Below, one piece after another: positions 35,458 to 43,360 of a DNA stretch of 53,346 nucleotides. Position 1 is the stretch's first letter, and the number at the start of each line of letters is the position of its first letter. Both the position numbers and the translations under genes were made by a program. This DNA is from a bacterium (GTDB taxonomy: Archaea > Thermoplasmatota > Thermoplasmata > Lutacidiplasmatales > UBA184): positions 1-53,346 of the forward strand of contig DAIDCO010000006.1 of assembly GCA_027309555.1 (NCBI GenBank), read 5' to 3'. A model generated the notes under the pieces. That model ran no database searches. It was given only the letters and a program-made list of their open reading frames with translations, and had not been told where the DNA came from.

Positions 35458-36272
35458 AGGCGATCGACGTGGTCGCGAACCTTCGGAACGCCCACTACGT
35501 GAACGCCATCCGACCGTACATGGAGGAGGCGTGGAAGACGCTGCGCCAGGACATGGACCGCCTCATCATCGCCCCGGAACGAATGGTCGAGGAGATGGAC
35601 CGGGCCGGCATCGAGCGTGCGTTCCTCATCGCGGCCAAGGGCGAGGGCTGGGAGGTGCCGTACGAGGACGTGGCCGAAGTCGTCCGCGAGTACCCGGACA
35701 AGTTCTCGGCGCTGGCCGGCTTCAACCCGTTCCACGGCATGAAGGGCGTCGCGCGACTGGCCGAGGCGGTCGAGAAGCACGGCTTCATCGGGGCGCACGT
35801 CTACCCGCACTGGTTCCGGCGGGCGCCGAACGACGCGATCTACTACCCGTTCTATGCGAAGTGCGTCGAGCTCGACATTCCCGTCCAGATGCAGGTGGGC
35901 CACGCGACCCCGATGACGTACCTCCCGTCGGTCGCGCACCCGATCGCGCTCGAGGACATCGCGATCTACTTTCGCGAGCTACGGATCATCGGCATCCACA
36001 TGGGCTACCCGTGGACCGAGGAGATGATCTCGGTCGCCTATCGGTTCCCGAACATCTACATCGCCCCGGACGCCCACGCACCGAAGTACTGGGAGCCGCG
36101 ATTCGTCGACTACCTGCGGACTCGAGGGAAACGGAAGGTTCTCTTCGGTACGGACTACCCCATCGTCGGCTTCGAGCGGGCGATGGCCGAGCTCGCGGAC
36201 CATCGCCTTCCGGACGAGGTCCTCGAGCGGTTCCTGCGGGAGAACGCCCGGGAGGTCTACCGACTTCACTGA
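35454..36272 (+). CDS. amidohydrolase_2 (ACMSD/LigI/LigJ-like metal-dependent hydrolase/decarboxylase/hydratase)
   Basis: 272 aa with an ATGA overlap onto the CoA-transferase stop. TIM-barrel hydrolase pattern with HVYPHW, IGIHMGYPW and LFGTDYP. Confidence 0.8.
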   Translation: MKAIDVVANLRNAHYVNAIRPYMEEAWKTLRQDMDRLIIAPERMVEEMDRAGIERAFLIAAKGEGWEVPYEDVAEVVREYPDKFSALAGFNPFHGMKGVARLAEAVEKHGFIGAHVYPHWFRRAPNDAIYYPFYAKCVELDIPVQMQVGHATPMTYLPSVAHPIALEDIAIYFRELRIIGIHMGYPWTEEMISVAYRFPNIYIAPDAHAPKYWEPRFVDYLRTRGKRKVLFGTDYPIVGFERAMAELADHRLPDEVLERFLRENAREVYRLH

Positions 36273-36346
36273 GCGGGAGCGGCCTCCGGGGACGCACGCT
36301 GATAAACCCGGGTCGCCGTAGACCCGCGGAGCAACCCCGCGGAACT

Positions 36347-37243
36347 ATGAACGCAGCCGTACGACGTCCCTCGCTGGGCGCGCGCCTCGCGGCCGGACCC
36401 ATCGTCGTGGCCCCCGGTGCCTACGACGCCCTCTCGGCCCGGCTCGTCGAACGGGCCGGCTTTCCCGCGGTGTACGCGAGCGGTGCCGGCGCCTCCTACA
36501 GCCTCCTCGGTTCCCCCGACATCGGCCTGCTCTCGTTCGCCGAGATGCGGGACCAAGTCTCCCGGATCGCGGCCGCGGTGGGGATCCCGGTGATCGCGGA
36601 CGGCGACACCGGCCACGGCAATGCGCTCAACGTCCGGCGGACCGTCCGCGAGTTCGAGTCGGCCGGGGCGAGCGCGATCCAGCTCGAGGACCAGACGTTC
36701 CCCAAGCGATGCGGCCACCTGAGCGAGAAGACCGTCATCCCGACATCGGAGATGGTCGGGAAGCTCCGCGCGGCGGCGGACGCTCGGGCTTCCTCCGAGA
36801 CCCTCGTCATCGCGCGCACCGACGCGCTCGCTGTGGAAGGCGTGGATGCCGCGCTCGAGCGCTTGCGGGCGTACTCGGAGGCCGGGGCGGACGTGCTGTT
36901 CCTCGAGGCCCCTCCCGACGTCCCGACGATGCAGCGCGCCTGCGCCGAGCTCGGCCGGCCGATGATGGCGAACATGGTCGAGGGCGGGAAGACGCCGCTC
37001 CTCTCGGCGGCCGAGCTCGAGAAGATCGGATACCGACTCGTCATCTTTCCCGGCGCGGGCGCGCGGGTCGCCGCGTTCGCTCTGCGAGAGCTCTATACGA
37101 CGCTCGCCCGGGAGGGAACGACATCGTCCCTCCTCGACCGTATGCTGCTCTTCGACGAGCTCAACCGAGTCGTGGGCCTTCCCGAGCTCCGGGCGACGGG
37201 GGCGCGGTTCCAGGGGTCCTCCTCCACGTCGAGGCCGGAATGA
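36347..37243 (+). CDS. isocitrate lyase/PEP mutase-family C-C lyase (methylisocitrate / dimethylmalate lyase-like)
   Basis: ORF trimmed to ATG 36347. Motifs: DGDTGHGN, the lyase-type catalytic loop FPKRCGHLSEK with Cys, and IARTDA. Confidence 0.88.
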   Translation: MNAAVRRPSLGARLAAGPIVVAPGAYDALSARLVERAGFPAVYASGAGASYSLLGSPDIGLLSFAEMRDQVSRIAAAVGIPVIADGDTGHGNALNVRRTVREFESAGASAIQLEDQTFPKRCGHLSEKTVIPTSEMVGKLRAAADARASSETLVIARTDALAVEGVDAALERLRAYSEAGADVLFLEAPPDVPTMQRACAELGRPMMANMVEGGKTPLLSAAELEKIGYRLVIFPGAGARVAAFALRELYTTLAREGTTSSLLDRMLLFDELNRVVGLPELRATGARFQGSSSTSRPE

Positions 37244-38526
37244 GCCGCCCCCAGACGCAGATCGAACGCACCCTCTCGCTCCATGCGACCGAGGCGCCGG
37301 GTCGCCCGGTCGAACCCGAGGAGTTCGTCGAGGTCGAGGTCGATCGCCTCGTCCTGCTCGATATGGCCGCGACCCATCCGGAGTTCCTCGCCCACCTGCC
37401 ACGCCGCGTTCACCGCCCCGAGCGGGTCGCCTGGGTCTTCGACCACCTCGTCCCCGCGCCGACCGTCGAGCTCGCGTCGGGCCTCGTGAAGCTCCGCGAG
37501 CTGGCCGCACGCTGGGGCATCACCTCGGTCTTCGACATCGGCCGGGGCGGCATTTCGCACCCGCTCATGGCCGAGAAGGGCTGGGTCCGCCCGGGCGAGA
37601 TCCTCGCGAACACCGATTCGCACACCTGCGCCGCGGGCGCGCTCGGCTGCGCCGGCCGGGGGGTCGGCATGCTCGAGGTCATGAGCATCCTCTCGACCGG
37701 ACGCACCTGGTTCCGGGTCGGGGAAACGGTCCGTGCGAGCCTCTCCGGACACCTCGCACCGGGGGTCGCGGGGAAGGACGTCTTCCTTTCGCTGGCCGGG
37801 GAGTTCGGCGCGATCCCCGGCCGGAACATCGAGTTCGCCGGTGACGGGATCGCCGGACTTCCGATTCCCACGCGCCAGGCGATCGCGACGATGTGCGCGG
37901 AGATCAGCGCCGAGTTCGCCCTCTTCCCCCCCGACGCCCGCGCGCTCGACTACGTCCGCGCCCGCGTGCCGGCCGACGAACCCCTCGCCCCGGTCCGCGC
38001 CGACCCGGACGCGTCGTACGCCGCAGAGTGGCGGGTCGACCTCTCGGGGGTCGAGCCGCTCGTCGCGCTCCCGAACCGGGTCGCCCGGAACGTCCGGCTC
38101 GTCTCCGAGGTCGCGGGGGTGACCATCACGCGCGCGGTGGTCGGCTCGTGCGCGAACGGCACGATCGAGGACCTGGAAGCGGTCGCGAACGTGCTCCGCG
38201 GCCGCCGCGTGCATCCCGGCGTCGTTTTCACGGTGACCCCCACCACCTCCGACGTCATGGCGGAGGCCGCCCGTCGGGGGCTGATCGACACGATCGTCGC
38301 GGCGGGCGCGCTCGTCACGAGCCCGACGTGCGGCGCCTGCTTCGGGGGCCACATGGGGGTCCTCGGCGACGGGGAGGTCTGCGTGACGAGCACGACTCGC
38401 AATTTCCAAGGACGGATGGGCTCGCCGAACGCGAAGATCTACCTTGCATCGAGCGCGACCGTGGCCGCGAGCGCCGTCGCGGGTTGTCTCGCCGACCCGC
38501 GGGGACTCGAGGGGAAGCGCCCGTGA
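37240..38526 (+). CDS. aconitase-family dehydratase large subunit (LeuC/HacA/DmdA-like)
   Basis: ATG 37240 overlaps the lyase stop (ATGA). Motif NTDSHTC and Fe-S cysteines in GSCANG and SPTCGACFG. Confidence 0.88.
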   Translation: MSRPQTQIERTLSLHATEAPGRPVEPEEFVEVEVDRLVLLDMAATHPEFLAHLPRRVHRPERVAWVFDHLVPAPTVELASGLVKLRELAARWGITSVFDIGRGGISHPLMAEKGWVRPGEILANTDSHTCAAGALGCAGRGVGMLEVMSILSTGRTWFRVGETVRASLSGHLAPGVAGKDVFLSLAGEFGAIPGRNIEFAGDGIAGLPIPTRQAIATMCAEISAEFALFPPDARALDYVRARVPADEPLAPVRADPDASYAAEWRVDLSGVEPLVALPNRVARNVRLVSEVAGVTITRAVVGSCANGTIEDLEAVANVLRGRRVHPGVVFTVTPTTSDVMAEAARRGLIDTIVAAGALVTSPTCGACFGGHMGVLGDGEVCVTSTTRNFQGRMGSPNAKIYLASSATVAASAVAGCLADPRGLEGKRP

Positions 38527-39008
38527 AGCTCGTCGGCCGCGCCTGGGTCTTCGACGACGACATCAACACCGACCTCCTCTATCCCGCGGCCTGTTTCCGC
38601 CTCCCGGTGGAGGAGCGACCGGCGCTCACGATGAGCGCGAACCGGCCGGGGTGGTCGCGGGAGGTCCGCCCCGGCGACCTTCTCGTCGCGGGAACGAACT
38701 TCGGAACCGGATCCTCCCGACCCGCCGCGGACAACCTGAAGGCGCTCGGGGTCGCGGGCGTCGTCGCGGAGTCGATCAACGGCCTCTTCTTCCGCAATGC
38801 GATCAACACGGGACTCCCCGTCCTCGAGGCGCCGGGCGTGCGCGCGTTCGTACGCGAAGGCACCCGGGTCGAGATCGACCTCGACACCGGAGCGATCCGG
38901 TCGGAGGGACGGACCCTGAACGTGCGGCCGCTGCCCGGCTTTCTCGCCCGGATCCTCGCGGAGGGGGGGATCCTCCCCCGGCTCCGCAAGGAAGGCTATA
39001 TCGACTAG
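38523..39008 (+). CDS. aconitase-family dehydratase small subunit (LeuD/HacB/DmdB-like)
   Basis: GTG 38523 overlaps the large-subunit stop (GTGA). GTNFGTGSSRPAA occupies the position of the LeuD G-x-NFGCGSSRE-H-A loop but is diverged. Confidence 0.85.
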   Translation: MKLVGRAWVFDDDINTDLLYPAACFRLPVEERPALTMSANRPGWSREVRPGDLLVAGTNFGTGSSRPAADNLKALGVAGVVAESINGLFFRNAINTGLPVLEAPGVRAFVREGTRVEIDLDTGAIRSEGRTLNVRPLPGFLARILAEGGILPRLRKEGYID

Positions 39009-39037
39009 CGCGGTTCCGCCGCGTGCGAGGGATCCGG

Positions 39038-39730
39038 ATGCGGCATCCATGGGAATCGATGATGGACGGGCTCGATCGCGAGGTCGTCACGGCCGCCGGA
39101 TACGGAAAGGAGCGGCCGCTGGGAAAGGCCCCGGTCCTTCTCGTGATCGACGCGCAGTACAACTACGTCGGAGAGGACCTCCCGATCCTCGATTCGATTC
39201 GGAAGTTCCCGACGAGCGTCGGCCACGCGGCGTACGAGGCCTTGCCGCAGGTACTCGCCCTCGTCCGGGCCTTCCGGGAACGGAAGCGTCCGGTGATCTT
39301 CACGACCGTCGCTCCGAAGGAGGCGCTGCTCCCCTTCTCGATCAGCGGCCGCGTCCACGCCGACCGCAAGTCGGAAACGCTGGTCGCCGGCCACCGCGGC
39401 ACCGAGATCGTCGAGGCGCTGCGACCCGAGCCCGGCGAGGTCGTTATCGACAAGGCGTTCGCGAGCGCCTTCCTCGGGACCCCGCTCGCGACGATCCTCA
39501 CGCTGCAGCGGGCCGATACCGTGGTGGTCTGCGGCGGCACGACCAGCGGCTGCGTGCGCGGGACCGCGGTCGACGCGGCGGGTCTCGGGTACCATGTCGT
39601 GGTCGCCGAGGATGCGGTCTTCGACCGCATCACGCTCTCGCACGCCGCGAGCCTGCTCGACCTCTGGATGAAGTACGCGAACGTGTATCCCGCCGAGCGG
39701 GTCCTCGAGTGGGTCCGCTCGCTCCCATGA
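39038..39730 (+). CDS. isochorismatase-family cysteine hydrolase (Iso2; N-carbamoylsarcosine amidase / maleamate amidohydrolase-like)
   Basis: ORF trimmed to ATG 39038. Catalytic elements: LLVIDAQ, VIDKAFASAFLGT, CGGTTSGCVRGTAVDA. Confidence 0.85.
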   Translation: MRHPWESMMDGLDREVVTAAGYGKERPLGKAPVLLVIDAQYNYVGEDLPILDSIRKFPTSVGHAAYEALPQVLALVRAFRERKRPVIFTTVAPKEALLPFSISGRVHADRKSETLVAGHRGTEIVEALRPEPGEVVIDKAFASAFLGTPLATILTLQRADTVVVCGGTTSGCVRGTAVDAAGLGYHVVVAEDAVFDRITLSHAASLLDLWMKYANVYPAERVLEWVRSLP

Positions 39731-41112
39731 GCGACCTCCTCCTCAAGAACGCCCGCCTCGTTTTCCCGCACCGCGGGGTCGTGGACGGCGAGATCGGGAT
39801 CTCAGGCGGCCGCATCGACTCGGTCGGAAAGGACCTCGGGAGGGCCGACCACGAGATCGACCTTCACGGCGCGCTCGTCGGCCCCGGGATCGTCGACCCG
39901 CACACGCACCTCGGGATCTACCGTGCGGCCCACGAGGACGCCCGGACCGAATCCGAATGCGCGGTGCGCGGCGGCGTCACGACGATGGTGACCTACTGGC
40001 GCGTCGGGGAACCGTACACCGACGGGCTCGTGGCCTACGGACGCGCCTTCGGGGAGTTCCGCGAGCGGCTAGAGGGGCAGATGCACACCGACTACGCGGT
40101 CAACCTCGGCATGCTGACCCGCGCGCACCTCGGCGAGGTCCCCGACCTCGTCCACCGACAAGGCGTGACGACCCTCAAGTACTTCGCGCACTACGAGGGC
40201 CGCGCGGACATCGGCCACGACCTCGATACGGGGTACTTCTTCGCGCTCGCGGAAGAGGTCGCTCGCCTCTCCCCGGCGGTGCCGGCGATCCGGTTGAGCG
40301 TCCACAGCGAGGACCCCTACGTGGTCCGGGAGGCTACCGACCGGGAAAAGAAGGCCGGGGGAAACGACCTCGAGGCCTACCGTCGCGCCCGGCCCGAGCT
40401 CGCGGAAGCCATAGCGGTCGACCGCCTCGGCGAAGTGGCCCTCGCGACCCGGGCGCCGATGATCCTCCCGCACGTGAGCTCCGCCATCGGCTACGCCCGC
40501 GCGCACGAGTTCGTCGCGCGGGGCGCGGACCTGACGATCGAGACGAGCCTCCACTACCTCACGCTGACGACCGAGAGCCCGGCCGGGATCCTTGCGAAGG
40601 TGAATCCCGCGGTCCGACGGGCCGAGGACGTCGAGGCGCTCTGGTCGGCCGTCGCCGCCGGCGGGCTTGGTTGCATTGGAAGCGACCACGCCTCGAATCT
40701 CCGGCAAGAGAAGTCGGAGCTCTGGAGCGCGAAACCGGCGTTCGCGGGCACGGGTCTCCTGTTGCCGCTCCTCTTCGAGGAAGGGGTCGTGCGGCGCCGG
40801 CTCCTCTCGCCGGAATCACTCTGGGGGATCCTCGCCGAGAACAACGCGCGGGCCCATGGGCTCTTTCCCCGGAAGGGGGCCCTCGTCCCCGGCGCCGACG
40901 CCGACTTGGTGGTCCTGGGGAAGCTCTCGGAGCCGCGCCGTGTGACGGTCGAGTCGGTCCACTCGGCCAGCGACTACTCCCCGTACGAGGGCCGGGAGCT
41001 CCACCACGTCCCCACCCATACCTTCGTGCGGGGCGAGCTCGTGGCCGACGCGGAGGGGGTCCGTGGGCCAGGCCATGGGGCGTACCTCCACCGTCCGCTC
41101 GGCCTCGACTGA
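39727..41112 (+). CDS. cyclic amidohydrolase, dihydropyrimidinase/hydantoinase type (A3)
   Basis: ATG 39727 overlaps the Iso2 stop (ATGA). Metal-site elements: DPHTHLG, TTLKYF, LSVHSED, ILPHVSS, GSDHAS. Confidence 0.9.
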   Translation: MSDLLLKNARLVFPHRGVVDGEIGISGGRIDSVGKDLGRADHEIDLHGALVGPGIVDPHTHLGIYRAAHEDARTESECAVRGGVTTMVTYWRVGEPYTDGLVAYGRAFGEFRERLEGQMHTDYAVNLGMLTRAHLGEVPDLVHRQGVTTLKYFAHYEGRADIGHDLDTGYFFALAEEVARLSPAVPAIRLSVHSEDPYVVREATDREKKAGGNDLEAYRRARPELAEAIAVDRLGEVALATRAPMILPHVSSAIGYARAHEFVARGADLTIETSLHYLTLTTESPAGILAKVNPAVRRAEDVEALWSAVAAGGLGCIGSDHASNLRQEKSELWSAKPAFAGTGLLLPLLFEEGVVRRRLLSPESLWGILAENNARAHGLFPRKGALVPGADADLVVLGKLSEPRRVTVESVHSASDYSPYEGRELHHVPTHTFVRGELVADAEGVRGPGHGAYLHRPLGLD

Positions 41113-41133
41113 GCTCGGGCGGCCCGGGGGACC

Positions 41134-42513
41134 CTACGCCGCGCGGGCGGGAACGAACTGCCCGCGCCCGGCGAGGTCCGGCACCTCGCCCGGGAAGACC
41201 CCTTCGGCGACGGTGACCCCGCGGCTCACGGTCCGGACCGGGACGCCCGTGAGCTCCCAGCCTTCGAACATCGTGAACTCGCTGTGATGGTGCAGCCGGT
41301 CGTTCCGGATCGTCGTCGTCGCCTTCGGGTCGACCAGCACGAAGTCGGCGTCCGCCCCGAGCTGTAGGACGCCCTTCCGGGGATAGTAGCCGAACCGGCG
41401 GGCCGGACCCTCGGCGAGGAGGTAGAGCAGTCGATCCCAGTCGAGGCGCCCGGCAAACGCCTCCCGGAGCAGTACGGGGTACATCGTCTCGCTGCCGGGG
41501 AAGCCGGGCGGGATCGAGAAGATGTCCGCCGCGCCGGGGGCCTTCTCCGCGCTCGGGGCCGCGTGGTCGGAAGCGAGGAAGTCCACGGTGCCGTCCCGGA
41601 CCCCGGCCCACATCGCGTCGACCTCGGCGCGGCTGCGGAGCGGTGGGTTGACCTTCGCGTAGGGACCCCGATCGCGGTAGGCCGACGTGTCGAAGAAGAG
41701 GTAATGCGGGCACGTCTCGACCGAGAGGTCGGCCCCGGCGGCGCGCGCGGCGCGGACGGTGGGGAGCGTGAACCCGCTGCTCAGGTGGACGATGTGTACG
41801 GCCGCGCCGGCGGCGCGCCCGAGGCGAGCGACGCGACCGACCGCGTCGTCTTCGGCGACGGTCGGTCGGGAGTCGGTGTAGACGTCGGGCGTCGTCCGCC
41901 CGGCCTCTTTCAGCCGGCGGGTTGCCTCCGCGACGATCGAGGGGTTCTCCGCGTGGACTTCGAGGGGGGCGCCGGTCCCGGCGAGCCGCTCGGCGACCGC
42001 AAGGATCGTCGCGTCGTCGCACGCGGTGTACTCTCCGACGGGGTTCCACCCCAGGTACACCTTCACGCCGGCGACCCCGGCGCGGACGAGCGCCGGGATC
42101 TCCGCGAGGTTCCCGGCGCAGCCACCGCCATGCACCCCGAAATCCACGACCGAGCTCGCCCGGCCGAGGGCGACCTTCGCCTCGAGCGACGGGAGCGTGA
42201 GCGTGGGAGGGCAGTGCTCGGGGGTCGACGCGGCCTGCTCGACGAACGTCGTAACTCCCCCCGACGCGCAGGCCCGGCTCCCCGTGCCGATGTCCGTGCG
42301 GTCGGGGCGCCCGTAGGTGAAGTGGGTGTGGGTGTCGACGGCCCCCGGCAAGAGCAGAGCGCCGCGGGCATCGATCGTGCGGTCCGCGACGGGGAGGTGG
42401 GCATCCGTACAGATCCGAACGACGCGACCCGCTTCGACCGCGATCCCGGCGGAGACCCACTCCCCCCGCCACCGTAGGCGGGCGGAGCGGACCGTGAGGT
42501 CGACGGGGCTCAC
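41134..42513 (-). CDS. cyclic amidohydrolase, allantoinase/dihydroorotase/L-hydantoinase type (A4)
   Basis: ORF 41134..42666 trimmed to GTG 42513, which overlaps the upstream stop (GTGA). Metal-site elements: DTHTHFT, AGVKVY, LEVHAEN, HIVHLSS, ASDHAA. Confidence 0.88.
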   Translation of the reverse strand: MSPVDLTVRSARLRWRGEWVSAGIAVEAGRVVRICTDAHLPVADRTIDARGALLLPGAVDTHTHFTYGRPDRTDIGTGSRACASGGVTTFVEQAASTPEHCPPTLTLPSLEAKVALGRASSVVDFGVHGGGCAGNLAEIPALVRAGVAGVKVYLGWNPVGEYTACDDATILAVAERLAGTGAPLEVHAENPSIVAEATRRLKEAGRTTPDVYTDSRPTVAEDDAVGRVARLGRAAGAAVHIVHLSSGFTLPTVRAARAAGADLSVETCPHYLFFDTSAYRDRGPYAKVNPPLRSRAEVDAMWAGVRDGTVDFLASDHAAPSAEKAPGAADIFSIPPGFPGSETMYPVLLREAFAGRLDWDRLLYLLAEGPARRFGYYPRKGVLQLGADADFVLVDPKATTTIRNDRLHHHSEFTMFEGWELTGVPVRTVSRGVTVAEGVFPGEVPDLAGRGQFVPARAA

Positions 42514-43349
42514 GCCGGCGCTCCCCCGAGACGCTCGACGACCGTGCCGCCGGGGTTCGTCCACCCCGAACGGAAGTAGAACGCTGACTCGATGTGACGC
42601 GGGGCGAGAGGCAGGAGCTCCTCGTTTTCGGCAGGGTAGAGCTTCAGTTCGCCGCTCCCCTTCCAAACGTCGGTGACGACCCGGCCGGTCGTTTGGACTC
42701 GGACGAGCTCATGGACCGAAGGGGGGCGGCGCGGGTCGACGTTCGGAAGGTAACGGATCCCGAAGTACGTCCCGAGGCGGGGCAATTCCTCGGCCCGCGA
42801 GGCGCTCTCGAGCGTCACCCCCGCGAAAAGGATCCGCTCTCCGTGGCGAGAGAGCACCCCTGCGAGGCGGGCGCCGGGCCCGATCGGGGGCAATTTCGGG
42901 TGCAGAGGGTGAAGCCGCGTCATGCGGACCTGCGCGACCTTCTTCGGCCAGCCGTTGAGCCAGCCCCGCGCCATCGACCAGTCGTGGTCGGTCCAGATGA
43001 AGGGCAAGTAGACGCCGGCCTCCCCCCGGTAGCGGCAGGAGACGGTGACGATCGCTTCGCCGTACTGGGTGGCCTCGGGCTGGCGGTAGGCGAGGTCCGG
43101 GTCGCCGTCGCTGACCGAGATGACCTCCGTGACGCGGGCGGTCACCCGGTCGGGCTCGGGCCCCGGCTCGAGGGGAGGCGGGAGGACCCGGCGCACGGCT
43201 TCGGGGTCGGCCCGGTAGACGACCTGGATCACATCGGAGGCAAAGTGCCACGGCGGGTGGTCGACGATCCCGCTCTTCCCTTCGGGTCCGAACGGGGGCG
43301 TATACCCCGGAGCGGTCAACGGAGGGGTCCCGGGAGGGGATGCGTTCAT
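42510..43349 (-). CDS. acetoacetate decarboxylase (ADC)-family protein
   Basis: The C-terminal 279 aa of composite ORF 42510..44399. The N-terminal pattern PPWHFASDVIQVVYRADPEAVRRVLPPPLEP and the overall size fit PF06314-type proteins, judged from memory. Confidence 0.7.
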   Translation of the reverse strand: MNASPPGTPPLTAPGYTPPFGPEGKSGIVDHPPWHFASDVIQVVYRADPEAVRRVLPPPLEPGPEPDRVTARVTEVISVSDGDPDLAYRQPEATQYGEAIVTVSCRYRGEAGVYLPFIWTDHDWSMARGWLNGWPKKVAQVRMTRLHPLHPKLPPIGPGARLAGVLSRHGERILFAGVTLESASRAEELPRLGTYFGIRYLPNVDPRRPPSVHELVRVQTTGRVVTDVWKGSGELKLYPAENEELLPLAPRHIESAFYFRSGWTNPGGTVVERLGGAPA

Positions 43350-43360
43350 GGAACTCGCCG

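Noticed and set aside
37240-39008. Simple annotation as housekeeping leuC/leuD
   Set aside because: No leuA or leuB is adjacent. The genes are start/stop-overlapped with an ICL-family lyase and followed by amidases, and the small-subunit substrate loop (GTGSSRPAA) departs from the LeuD consensus as I recall it. They are kept as LeuC/LeuD-like only, and housekeeping function is not formally excluded.
40559-42472. 637-aa complement ORF across A3/A4
   Set aside because: Arg/Pro/Gly-rich nonsense. The same DNA encodes two amidohydrolases with complete catalytic motifs in other frames.
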